From a virus: a stretch of 64,000 nucleotides of DNA. Below are positions 10,722-19,852 of this stretch, in pieces. The stretch covers positions 21,757 to 85,756 of IMG/VR virus record IMGVR_UViG_3300031758_000036; one strand, given 5' to 3'. A program made the position numbers and the translations under genes. How positions within the stretch are numbered: position 1 is the first letter of the stretch; the number at the start of each line of letters is the position of its first letter. The notes under the pieces were generated by a model. That model was not told where the DNA came from. It saw nothing but the letters and a program-made list of their open reading frames with translations, and ran no database searches.

Positions 10722-10789
10722 CCCTGAATTGGTTGAGATGACCGATCGGGGAGGGTCTAGCGCCAATGGATGAGACATCCAATCAGGCG
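10722..10789 (+). promoter_or_regulatory. Structured capsid mRNA leader with two GAGAY-loop hairpins
   Basis: ATTGGTT-GAGAT-GACCGAT (10728-10746) and TGGAT-GAGAC-ATCCA (10767-10781), both with outer stems. Confidence 0.65.
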
Positions 10790-10833
10790 ATTTACCTTTC
10801 CTGTTCATTGTTCATCTATCCCTTTTAGGAATC

Positions 10834-11733
10834 ATGGCCTTAACTCTTGCTGAAGCTAAGAAGCATTCTAGCAACCCCCAGGAGCTTGCAATCGTTACCG
10901 AGCTTGCTGCTGGTCCCCTGCTGCAAAACCTGCCGTTCCGTGAAGTCCAAGGCAACGGTCTGTTCTGGAAGCGTGAGGAGTCCCTTGGTGATGTGGGCTT
11001 CCGTACGTTCAACGCTGGCTACACCGAAAGCTATGCCACCGTCAAGCAGCACAGCGAAGCGCTGAAACTGTTCGGTGGTGACATCAAGGTTGACCGCGCT
11101 ATCGTCGACCTGGAGGGCCCCGAGGCCCGCGCTTACCAGATCCAGTCCAAGACCCGCGCAATGCGCCTGGCTTTTGAAGGCCTGTTCATCAACGGTGACT
11201 CCAATACCACCGGCGCTGAATTCGATGGTCTGGCTGTGCGCCTGCCTGATGGTTCCAGCCAGTATATCGCGAACGCTGGTGCTCCTGCTGCCCTGGATAC
11301 CGGCGCCCTGGACGAAGCTATTGATGCTGTGGACGCCCAAGGCGGCCAGAAGTATCTGGTTATGTCCAAGTCGGCCCGTCGTCATCTGAGCAAGGTGGCT
11401 CGCGCCAATGGTCAAATCGACATCGAGCGCAACGATTTCGGTTACCAGCAACTGTTCTACGGTGGCATTCCGGTGCTTGAGCTGGACCGCGACCATCAGA
11501 ACGTGGCCATCCTGGATAGCGATCCTACTGATCAATCGATCTATGTGGTTGCTTTCGGCAATGACCTGCTGACCGGTCTGCAGAACGGTGGCCCTCAGGT
11601 GCGTGACCTGGGTGAAGCAACCGATTCGCCGGTCCTGGTGACCCGCGTTGAATGGTACTGCGGGGTGGCTTTGATAAATGGCCGAGCTGCTGCACGTCTC
11701 GCCAACGTCAACGCAACTGCTGCTATCGCCTGA
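10834..11733 (+). CDS. Major capsid protein (HK97-type)
   Basis: 299 aa; MALTLAEA..LPFREVQGN..GGDIKVDRAI..FINGD..EFDGL..TRVEWYCG; strong C-ending codon bias; scaffold upstream and strong terminator downstream. Confidence 0.9.
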   Translation: MALTLAEAKKHSSNPQELAIVTELAAGPLLQNLPFREVQGNGLFWKREESLGDVGFRTFNAGYTESYATVKQHSEALKLFGGDIKVDRAIVDLEGPEARAYQIQSKTRAMRLAFEGLFINGDSNTTGAEFDGLAVRLPDGSSQYIANAGAPAALDTGALDEAIDAVDAQGGQKYLVMSKSARRHLSKVARANGQIDIERNDFGYQQLFYGGIPVLELDRDHQNVAILDSDPTDQSIYVVAFGNDLLTGLQNGGPQVRDLGEATDSPVLVTRVEWYCGVALINGRAAARLANVNATAAIA

Positions 11734-11761
11734 TAAACCCAGTCTGGGACAGCGATCTAAC

Positions 11762-11785
11762 GAGCCCTTCGGGGCTCTTTTTTTT
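11762..11785 (+). terminator. Intrinsic terminator after MCP
   Basis: GAGCCC-TTCG-GGGCTC plus T8. Confidence 0.95.
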
Positions 11786-11846
11786 GACTAGTGGCAATGA
11801 TGAATAAATATTGGTATCATGTGGATGCGTCACTGCCATCAGCCAG

Positions 11847-12395
11847 ATGAGACCCCTTCCCGCATTGCCTCACATTAGTGTATTAAATGAATATCTTGAG
11901 ATTGATCCAGCCATACCCGCTGGATTAAGGTGGAAGACGAGGGCTTCAAAAAATACACGCATCGGATCACCAGCGGGCAGAAAGCATTCCAATGGCTACT
12001 GGGAAGTTAGGCTCCAGGGTGTGCTGTACAAAAGCTCAAGGATAATATATAAAATTTATAACAATGGAGAAGATCCTGGCCTGTTCGAGATAGATCACAT
12101 TGACAGGAACAAGGACAATAATGCTGGATGGAATCTTGTGCTTGCAACAAGAGCAGAACAGGCTCGAAATAAGACGGTTACGTCCAAGGCTGGTTTCAGG
12201 CATGTGGCTTTTGATGCTCGCACTCGCAGGTCTTCTGCTCCATGGATGAGTACAGTCTCATTTAGGGTTGATGGCGTCAGGAAAGCCAAATTCCTAGGCT
12301 ATTTCTTAAATCCATACGAAGCGGCAATTGCAGCTATCGTTTATAAACGTGAAAATGGTATCAGGTATGAATATGCTCCTGGAGGAGCGGTCTAG
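11847..12395 (+). CDS. HNH homing endonuclease with AP2-like C-terminus
   Basis: EIDHIDRNKDNN..NL..AEQARN; FLGYF..YEAA. Confidence 0.85.
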   Translation: MRPLPALPHISVLNEYLEIDPAIPAGLRWKTRASKNTRIGSPAGRKHSNGYWEVRLQGVLYKSSRIIYKIYNNGEDPGLFEIDHIDRNKDNNAGWNLVLATRAEQARNKTVTSKAGFRHVAFDARTRRSSAPWMSTVSFRVDGVRKAKFLGYFLNPYEAAIAAIVYKRENGIRYEYAPGGAV

Positions 12396-12462
12396 AACTT
12401 GGCAAACTAGGAATCATCACGTATTTCCGTCTACGGAAAACTAATGGGATTGAAGTGCCTCA

Positions 12463-13302
12463 GTGATTTTATCGTCTTCTGATATCTTCAGGATTTTATC
12501 CAGCGATCCGGTAATACGGGTATCTGCGCGTGTAAAGATTGTAGATACCAGGCCACCGATTGAGACTGCCGATAGCACTGTAATCTATATTGCAAAATAT
12601 CCGATCGTTTCTGATTTCCAGGCAGTATGGACTGTTTGGATTGCTGATAATTCTAACGAACCGCTTGATTTAATACTAGCACAACTCAAGCGTTTACTGC
12701 CTGGTTTTCAAATAACAGATAACGGTATTATTGTAAAAGCAACTGTTACAGAATTAAAATCAGCAAATACCGAGACAGCTCCTGTTATACCGGCTAAACA
12801 AGACCAGGGCCTGCTCAGCTCTTTACAAGCAAAATTTGATGAGCTAAAGCAGTCAATAGAAGACCGAATGCTGCTGGTTGGCCCCGGCAGGGCTGGCAAA
12901 GAAGGTATTCCTGGTCGCGATGGTGCAAATGGCAGCGATGGCAAAGACGGGAGAGACGGGAAGGATCTAATAGCCACTGACGCTGAGCTAGATGACCTGA
13001 AAGATGTATTCACGACTGATGCGCAACGCGGTCAATTTTTAATGTTTGATGGCGCCTCATGGGTTGCCAGGTTTGTACCGCAAATCATCAGAGCTAGTGG
13101 TGGCGGTGGTGGCGGTGGAACAGGTGGCGGTATCGAAGAAGCGCCACTTGATGGTAACTATTATGTCAGACAAAATGGTCAATGGGTCAACCTAGTTGAT
13201 GCATTGGCTGATCTTGGCAATATCGATGCTGGCGACTTCACGACTGGTGTTGCTGATACAAATAATTCCAGTCAATTTGATGGTGGGGACTTCAGTCCAT
13301 AA
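12463..13302 (+). CDS. Virion fibre protein with short collagen stretch and foldon-like motif
   Basis: GKEGIPGRDGANGSDGKDGRDG; GIEEAPLDGNYYVRQNGQWV. Confidence 0.7.
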   Translation: MILSSSDIFRILSSDPVIRVSARVKIVDTRPPIETADSTVIYIAKYPIVSDFQAVWTVWIADNSNEPLDLILAQLKRLLPGFQITDNGIIVKATVTELKSANTETAPVIPAKQDQGLLSSLQAKFDELKQSIEDRMLLVGPGRAGKEGIPGRDGANGSDGKDGRDGKDLIATDAELDDLKDVFTTDAQRGQFLMFDGASWVARFVPQIIRASGGGGGGGTGGGIEEAPLDGNYYVRQNGQWVNLVDALADLGNIDAGDFTTGVADTNNSSQFDGGDFSP

Positions 13303-13331
13303 CAGGAAAACTAATCTGATTCACAAAAAAT

Positions 13332-15995
13332 ATGACCACACCTTCGCCCAGGAATCCAATCAGAATTGCCCGTGGTCTGTATGCAGATCTACTGGCTTCT
13401 GTAGCTGATCTGGGTGAAGGCGAGATTTGTTTTGCACAAGATCAGGATACGTTATATGTAAAAGAGAATGGTGTACTGACGCTGGTTTCTGGTGGCGTCA
13501 GCTCTACGCTGGTCAGGGAGATTGCTGGCATTGATCAAACTGGCGAACCGATGGGTCACGCCAATCGTTCGGACAGTGGTATTTCTTTTGATAGCGGTTC
13601 ACGTATATTTACGATTGAACCTGTTACTGCATCGTTTGATGTATGGTGCCGTGGGATCAAGTATACATACGTCAGTGCGCAATCGATAACGATTCCCGAT
13701 ACGACCGGCCTGTATTATGTATATTTTGACGAAGACGGTGATCTGCAGTACCAGACATCGTTCTTTGATCTGGAATATCAGGCACCCACTGCTTATATTT
13801 ACTGGAATGCGGATACAAATCAAGCAGTGTATTTTGGCGATGAGCGTCATGGCATTGTGCTTGATTGGCAGACGCATGAATACCTGCACAGGACACGTGG
13901 TGCTGCGTTTGCAAGAGGTCTGGAGCTAGTCGCCTATACAGTACTTGGCGGCGGTGCCGTAAATACAGATGCGCAAGTCAGCCTAGAAAACGGTGTATTC
14001 TTTGACGAAGATATCCAAGTAGATATTATTCACTCTGCCGACCCCGTCGCCAATACGTGGCAGCAGGACTTGCAGGGACCTGGACTGATTCCTGTTTTAT
14101 GGAGAAATGCTACTTCGTGGACACTTGATGCCGCTTCAGAATATCCCCTGAAAGCCGGCACTCTCAGGCCGCAATATAACCTAGAAGGAATTGGCGGATC
14201 ATGGAGCACGGTCGATGCCGATAGTGGTAAGTATATTTGCGTATTTCTTATTGCAACAAACAATTTAAATCATCCAGTTGTCTCTATTCTTGGCCAGACG
14301 CAACATAATAATATAGCCAGTGCGCAAACCGAGACTTGGTCTACGCTTGATTTAACTGGATTCCCTTCGCTTGAATTCAGACCGCTGTACCAACTGATTT
14401 ATCAGTGTGGTGCATATGGTAACGCAATATCTGCACGGCTCAGGGGTGTATCTGATCTCAGGTATACGCAAGCAGGCATCTCGATTACCGGCCAGGTGGG
14501 CGCCACTGGCCCCGTGGGGGCCACTGGTGCTATTGGCGCTACTGGTGCCACTGGTATTGGCGAAACGGGCCCTACGGGCGTCGAGGGCCCCACTGGCGTT
14601 ACTGGGCCGGTTGGTCCGACTGGCCCTATTGGCATTACGGGTCCAACGGGCGTTGAGGGGCCTACGGGTGCCAGCGGTCCGACTGGTCCGACTGGACCGA
14701 TTGGCATTACGGGCGCGACGGGCGTGGTTGGTCCTAGCGGACCTACGGGACCTACGGGACCAATTGGCATTACAGGTGCCACAGGTGTAGTTGGCCCAAG
14801 TGGACCCACTGGCCCGACCGGCCCAACTGGTCCGATTGGTATAACTGGGGCTACTGGCGTTGTTGGTGTTAGTGGCGCTACTGGTATCGAAGGACCGTCT
14901 GGACCGACTGGTCCGACTGGACCCATTGGGCCTACTGGTCCGATTGGTATAACTGGGGCCACCGGCGTTGACGGTCCAACTGGCCCAAGTGGACCGACTG
15001 GCCCGATTGGTTCAACCGGACCCACTGGTGTTGCTGGTATCAGTGCAAGCGGCCGTATTTGGTACTTTGCGCAGACTGCTTCTGATATTAGTGGCTACGA
15101 AACATTGCAACCCGATTCTCCTGATTCGGCTCCTCAGGATGACATGACAGCAGTCACCACCAGTTCCAGCGGCGAGGTTCTGATAAATGAATTCGTCACC
15201 GCTGTCGGCGACCCTGATCTCGAAGAACTGCCAACTGGTGAATATGAAATTCGTTTCTGGAGTTATGTGTCCAGTAATGATGGCGACACGCGGCTAGTGT
15301 TCCGTGTTTATAAGCGTGCAACGAGCGGTACTGAAACGCAACTATTCTATTTGGATTCGCCGGAAATTAACGCAACTGCAGCAAGTTATTACAATCAACT
15401 CCTGGTTAATACTCAACCAAATGTAATTGATCCGACTGATCGTATTGTAACAAAAGTATACGCAAAGACCACCAGTAGTAACAATATTACCGCGCACTTT
15501 GTGCATTCTGGTACGACGCCCAGCTCCTGGAGAACTGCTATTACGTTGGGCTATGTTGGCCCCCAGGGTGCCACCGGTCCAACTGGTGTTCAGGGTCCAA
15601 CTGGTCCGATTGGTATTACTGGAGCTACCGGCCCGGATGGTTCAACTGGTCCCACCGGTGCAGATGGTCCCACTGGCCCCAGCGGGGTCATTGGGGTTTC
15701 TGGCGCCACTGGCGTTGTCGGAGTAACCGGCGCTACTGGCGTCGTAGGTGTTACTGGTGCGACTGGCGTTGTCGGTGAAACCGGTGCAACTGGCGTCGTT
15801 GGTATTACTGGCGCCACGGGCGTTGGTGGCGTTACAGGTGCAACTGGTCCGATTGGCATTACAGGCCCCAGCGGTGTCATAGCAGATGGCGACAAAGGAG
15901 ATATAACTATTTCTGGTAATGGTACACTGTTAAAAGTTAACCCGGTCGTCTACGGCCGAGTCCTCGCTGCCCAGTACGGCGCAGCAATGCCCTGA
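13332..15995 (+). CDS. Collagen-like tail fibre
   Basis: N-terminal '[22 protein letters not shown]' anchor motif; two long G-X-T collagen tracts. Confidence 0.85.
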   Translation: MTTPSPRNPIRIARGLYADLLASVADLGEGEICFAQDQDTLYVKENGVLTLVSGGVSSTLVREIAGIDQTGEPMGHANRSDSGISFDSGSRIFTIEPVTASFDVWCRGIKYTYVSAQSITIPDTTGLYYVYFDEDGDLQYQTSFFDLEYQAPTAYIYWNADTNQAVYFGDERHGIVLDWQTHEYLHRTRGAAFARGLELVAYTVLGGGAVNTDAQVSLENGVFFDEDIQVDIIHSADPVANTWQQDLQGPGLIPVLWRNATSWTLDAASEYPLKAGTLRPQYNLEGIGGSWSTVDADSGKYICVFLIATNNLNHPVVSILGQTQHNNIASAQTETWSTLDLTGFPSLEFRPLYQLIYQCGAYGNAISARLRGVSDLRYTQAGISITGQVGATGPVGATGAIGATGATGIGETGPTGVEGPTGVTGPVGPTGPIGITGPTGVEGPTGASGPTGPTGPIGITGATGVVGPSGPTGPTGPIGITGATGVVGPSGPTGPTGPTGPIGITGATGVVGVSGATGIEGPSGPTGPTGPIGPTGPIGITGATGVDGPTGPSGPTGPIGSTGPTGVAGISASGRIWYFAQTASDISGYETLQPDSPDSAPQDDMTAVTTSSSGEVLINEFVTAVGDPDLEELPTGEYEIRFWSYVSSNDGDTRLVFRVYKRATSGTETQLFYLDSPEINATAASYYNQLLVNTQPNVIDPTDRIVTKVYAKTTSSNNITAHFVHSGTTPSSWRTAITLGYVGPQGATGPTGVQGPTGPIGITGATGPDGSTGPTGADGPTGPSGVIGVSGATGVVGVTGATGVVGVTGATGVVGETGATGVVGITGATGVGGVTGATGPIGITGPSGVIADGDKGDITISGNGTLLKVNPVVYGRVLAAQYGAAMP

Positions 15996-16013
15996 CGTTC
16001 GCTTTTACCTCTC

Positions 16014-16466
16014 ATGGCCGCCAACACTTCCCCCATCTGGACGCTGACCCCCAACGTCTCGGGCGTTGACATTGCAACAACAGCCGCAAACGTCAATACC
16101 ACTGCTCCTGGCACCATCGGAACCAACTGCTTCCTAGCGTTCACCTCCGGCGCCGACGGCTCCTACCTACAAAAGGTTCGCTTCTCCTTTGTCTCAACCA
16201 CCAGTGTAATCTCCAGCGTTGCCACAACGCTTCAGGTTTACGTATCTACCATCAACACTGGCGCAACATCTGCGGCCAACACCGATCTAATCGTGAACGT
16301 ACAGGCCGCATCGCAAGCAATTCCAAACACATCAACAGCACCTTATGTAATCGAGATTCCCCTTAACTACGCAATCCCAGCCGCCAGGTATATTCTAGTC
16401 ACACAATCTGTTGCTCAAACCACCAATTCTAACTGGCAAGCAATGGTGATCGGAGGTAACTACTAA
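16014..16466 (+). CDS. Fibre-associated small structural protein
   Basis: MAANTSPIW..GGNY family usually found before glycine-rich fibre genes. Confidence 0.55.
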   Translation: MAANTSPIWTLTPNVSGVDIATTAANVNTTAPGTIGTNCFLAFTSGADGSYLQKVRFSFVSTTSVISSVATTLQVYVSTINTGATSAANTDLIVNVQAASQAIPNTSTAPYVIEIPLNYAIPAARYILVTQSVAQTTNSNWQAMVIGGNY

Positions 16467-17383
16467 TGCTTAATCTATTCAACATCCCAAAACCGCAAAA
16501 CGGTTTTGTTAGCGTATTTCCTGGTTTTGCAAACCCCAACCTTCAGTTTATTGCCTGGGAAAAGCCCGCTGGCATAGGCACGATCCGCATCATTTGTATT
16601 GGTGGAGGTGGAGGTGGCGGTGGCGGTTTTCCAGCGGCTACAGGAAACCGTGGCGGCGGTGGCGGTGGCGGTTGTGGTGGATTTACAACAGTAGAAATCC
16701 CTGCGGCTTTTTTGCCTGATGTCCTGTACGTTATGGCGGGTATTGGTGGCAACGGCGGCGCTTCTTCTACTACGGTTGGGACAGTAGGAACCAATGGCGT
16801 TGTGTCTACGGTTGCAACCTCACCAATGAATGGGGCAATTGTCTGCAGTGCTAATCCAGGGACTGGTGCTACACCAGCGGCCACAGCAACAACTGTTGGA
16901 GGTGCAGGAAGTTCCGCCTCTGTGACCAGTCTCTTTACCTGTAGGCTTGCTGGATTGGGAACTATCTTTACTTACGGTGGGCAAAATGGCGGCGCAGGCG
17001 GCGCAGTTGCTGGTGGAGCTGGTGGCACAATCGCTTACCCCACAACTGGATTGTGGTTGTCCGCTGGCGCAGGCGGCGGCGGCGGCGCAGGCGGCGCAGG
17101 TGGTAATATCACAAACCCCGGTTTTAACCTTTTTACAACTTTGTCAGGAGGAGCCGGCGGCGCAACTCCGGGCAACGGCTCTCCAGGAGTTGAATTGCAA
17201 ACTCCGCTGATCGCCAGCGGCGGATCAGGCGGCGGTGCCAACAGCGGCAACGGTCGCGGCGGCGATGGTGGCAACGGCGGCTTCGGCTCTGGTGGCGGAG
17301 GTGGCGGTGCAGGTGGCACCACAGGCGGTGGTGGTGCCGGCGGTAACGGCGGCCCCGGCCTGGTGCTGATCTACTCCTGGTAG
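16466..17383 (+). CDS. Glycine-rich tail fibre protein
   Basis: WEKPAG..IGGGGGGGGG..GGAGGNGGPGLVLIYSW. Confidence 0.8.
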   Translation: MLNLFNIPKPQNGFVSVFPGFANPNLQFIAWEKPAGIGTIRIICIGGGGGGGGGFPAATGNRGGGGGGGCGGFTTVEIPAAFLPDVLYVMAGIGGNGGASSTTVGTVGTNGVVSTVATSPMNGAIVCSANPGTGATPAATATTVGGAGSSASVTSLFTCRLAGLGTIFTYGGQNGGAGGAVAGGAGGTIAYPTTGLWLSAGAGGGGGAGGAGGNITNPGFNLFTTLSGGAGGATPGNGSPGVELQTPLIASGGSGGGANSGNGRGGDGGNGGFGSGGGGGGAGGTTGGGGAGGNGGPGLVLIYSW

Positions 17384-17472
17384 CACAGATCTAATGTACT
17401 CATGATCATATTCATGCCCATCAACAGGCATGTCTGATGACCGCTATACTGCAAATAGACTCAAGCCCATAC

Positions 17473-19074
17473 ATGCGCCTGCATCTGGTCGGCATATTCC
17501 ATACGCAGCACAAGGCGTCGTTTAGCCACTGCGCATTCACCGGGAAGGCATTACGCTTTCCAAAGATGATGCAGAAGTATGGATATCATATTATTGAATA
17601 CAGCAACGAAGGATCCGAAAGCACGGCAGATGAGAAGGTCGTAATTCTGGATAATGCCCAATTCGAGAATCTGTATGGATCTCGCAAGAAGTCCGATTTC
17701 TTTGGTGATAATGCAACAATCGGCAGCGATGGTCACAGGCTGTTTGAAGAGAAGCTAGTGGTTGAGATGCAGAAACGCATCCAGCCCGGTGACATCGTGT
17801 GCCATCCTTTTGGTCACGCTCACCAAATCCTGATGTCCGTATTCAGTAATAATCGCCATGTCGAGACGGGCATTGGTTATCCGACATTGATGCCTGACAG
17901 TTTCAGGATATTTGAAAGCTATGCCTGGATGCACTACCACCAGGGTAAAGAAGGCCGGAATGGACGTAACTATGAATGGGTAGTACCAAATTATTATGAC
18001 CTGGATGATTGGAAGCCGAAATACAAGCATGGCGAGTATCTGGCGTTCCTGGGACGGATTACTTCACTGAAGGGTATTGACACCATCAGGGCAATTGCCG
18101 ACTACAGTGAATACCCAATCGTCCTGCACGGCCAAGGTGATCCATCGCAATGGCAGCATCCGATGATCGAGTATCGGGGGCCAATCAGCGGACGCAAGCG
18201 AAGCGAGTTCCTGGGTGGTGCCAGGGCGCTACTTGCTCCTACGGTGTTCACTGAACCGTTCTGTGGAATGGCAGTGGAGGCAATGCTGTGTGGTACGCCG
18301 GTGATTTCTGTCAACTACGGGGCCATGACCGAAACCGTGCAACCTGGCATGGGCTTCCGTTGTCATACACTACAGGATTGGCTTGATGCTATTGATGATG
18401 TTGGAACGCTTAATCGAACATTTATTGCAAAAACAGCCCGCGCTAAGTATAGCCTAGAGGCTTGCGGTGCTAAATATGACAAGATATTCAAACAACTGAG
18501 TGACCTGGATAAGCGGGGCTGGTACGAAGTTGATCGAATTAACTTCTATCAGATCGAGGCTGAAGAAGGTCCATTTGCTAAGCGATTGGCGGAATGGATC
18601 GATTCGATGTACGAACCAATGGAAGTCCTGGATGTTGGCTGCGGTCCTGGTATCTATGTTGACGCATTGGTGGAACAAGGTATTGCCGCTGTTGGTATTG
18701 ACATTGATCCCAGGATTAAAAACAAAGATTATATCGTTCAAGAGTCATTATTTGATACCAAACGCAGTTCCGAGCTGGTGCTTTGTCTGGAGGTGGCGGA
18801 ACACATTGATCCGAAGTTATCTGATGATATCGTATCCAGTATTGTCGGTACCATTAGACCTGGTGGAACTTTGATCTGGTCAGCGGCACATCCAGGACAA
18901 GGTGGCATTGGTCATATCAATTGTCAGCCAAAAGAATACTGGGAAGACCTGTTCTTGTCCAGTGGGCTTGTTCGAAATCTGACGGAAGAAGAAGTAATGG
19001 TCAATCACATTAAATCCGGTTACCACATGGGATGGTTTATTCAAAATGGTATGATCTTCACAAAGCCAAAGTAG
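17473..19074 (+). CDS. Fused GT4-family glycosyltransferase and class I SAM methyltransferase
   Basis: FLGRITSLKG and EPFCGMAVEAMLCGTPV (GT-B, GT4); VLDVGCGPG, CLEVAEHI, HINCQPKEYW (methyltransferase). Confidence 0.9.
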   Translation: MRLHLVGIFHTQHKASFSHCAFTGKALRFPKMMQKYGYHIIEYSNEGSESTADEKVVILDNAQFENLYGSRKKSDFFGDNATIGSDGHRLFEEKLVVEMQKRIQPGDIVCHPFGHAHQILMSVFSNNRHVETGIGYPTLMPDSFRIFESYAWMHYHQGKEGRNGRNYEWVVPNYYDLDDWKPKYKHGEYLAFLGRITSLKGIDTIRAIADYSEYPIVLHGQGDPSQWQHPMIEYRGPISGRKRSEFLGGARALLAPTVFTEPFCGMAVEAMLCGTPVISVNYGAMTETVQPGMGFRCHTLQDWLDAIDDVGTLNRTFIAKTARAKYSLEACGAKYDKIFKQLSDLDKRGWYEVDRINFYQIEAEEGPFAKRLAEWIDSMYEPMEVLDVGCGPGIYVDALVEQGIAAVGIDIDPRIKNKDYIVQESLFDTKRSSELVLCLEVAEHIDPKLSDDIVSSIVGTIRPGGTLIWSAAHPGQGGIGHINCQPKEYWEDLFLSSGLVRNLTEEEVMVNHIKSGYHMGWFIQNGMIFTKPK

Positions 19075-19151
19075 CCAATTGGCAAACTAGGTCTAACTGA
19101 TGGCGCCTTTTGGGTAACGCGCTACCTTGGACTTTGGTATAAGCGATCCAG

Positions 19152-19424
19152 ATGCCCGATCCAGCTCCGATTGTTAACAGCACAGTGCTAGAAGTAGTAC
19201 TGAATGTTACATCGGCAGGAAATGTTAATGTAAGTACTGTCGTACAACAGGCGGCATCAAGTGTCGTAACCGCTGGCGATATAGATATCATTGAATTACA
19301 ACCCGAATCAGTAACAGAAACTTTGGCAGTTGATGGGGCTAATCCACAGGGTAGTCCTGCGACATTGGTAACAATGTCTGTACAATCCAATGTACTGACG
19401 CTGGTGCCTACACAGTTGGTGTAA
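19152..19424 (+). CDS. Small protein resembling the N-terminus of the 19845 fibre
   Basis: MPDP..DIDIIELQ versus [12 protein letters not shown]; duplicated upstream DNA. Confidence 0.5.
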   Translation: MPDPAPIVNSTVLEVVLNVTSAGNVNVSTVVQQAASSVVTAGDIDIIELQPESVTETLAVDGANPQGSPATLVTMSVQSNVLTLVPTQLV

Positions 19425-19528
19425 GACTTTTGACAGCACTGTGATAACTGCAGTCATCAGCAATCACGTTCATTTGAGCATATACGATAATAGTCAATTG
19501 GCAAACTAGATCTAGCTGATTACATCCG

Positions 19529-19852
19529 TTGGATCCAGCACAATTATCTATTACAATCCACCAACGTGCAACGTTCCGCCAGCAATTTACGCTGCCGTTT
19601 GATTGTACTGGACATACTGTAATTGCTCAAGTCTGGAAAGAAAAGCGTCGCAGTTTGCTTTTTCAATTTACCGTTGAATGGGTAGATCAATCTGAAGGTA
19701 GCTTTTATTTAGTTGCTGACTACGAAGACACCACAAAGATGACGAAAGATGGTGTGTGGGACCTGATGGTTGTGTATCCAAATACTGAAAGATTTTATTG
19801 GGTAGAAGGCGCTGCTGTTATTGATTTTGGCATAAGCGATCCAGATGCCTAA
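19529..19852 (+). CDS. Fibre adaptor-like small structural protein
   Basis: [22 protein letters not shown] pattern found before collagen fibres. Confidence 0.6.
   Translation: MDPAQLSITIHQRATFRQQFTLPFDCTGHTVIAQVWKEKRRSLLFQFTVEWVDQSEGSFYLVADYEDTTKMTKDGVWDLMVVYPNTERFYWVEGAAVIDFGISDPDA

Noticed and set aside
10840-11535. 231-aa antisense ORF inside the capsid gene
   Set aside because: Expected by-product of strong codon bias in a highly expressed gene
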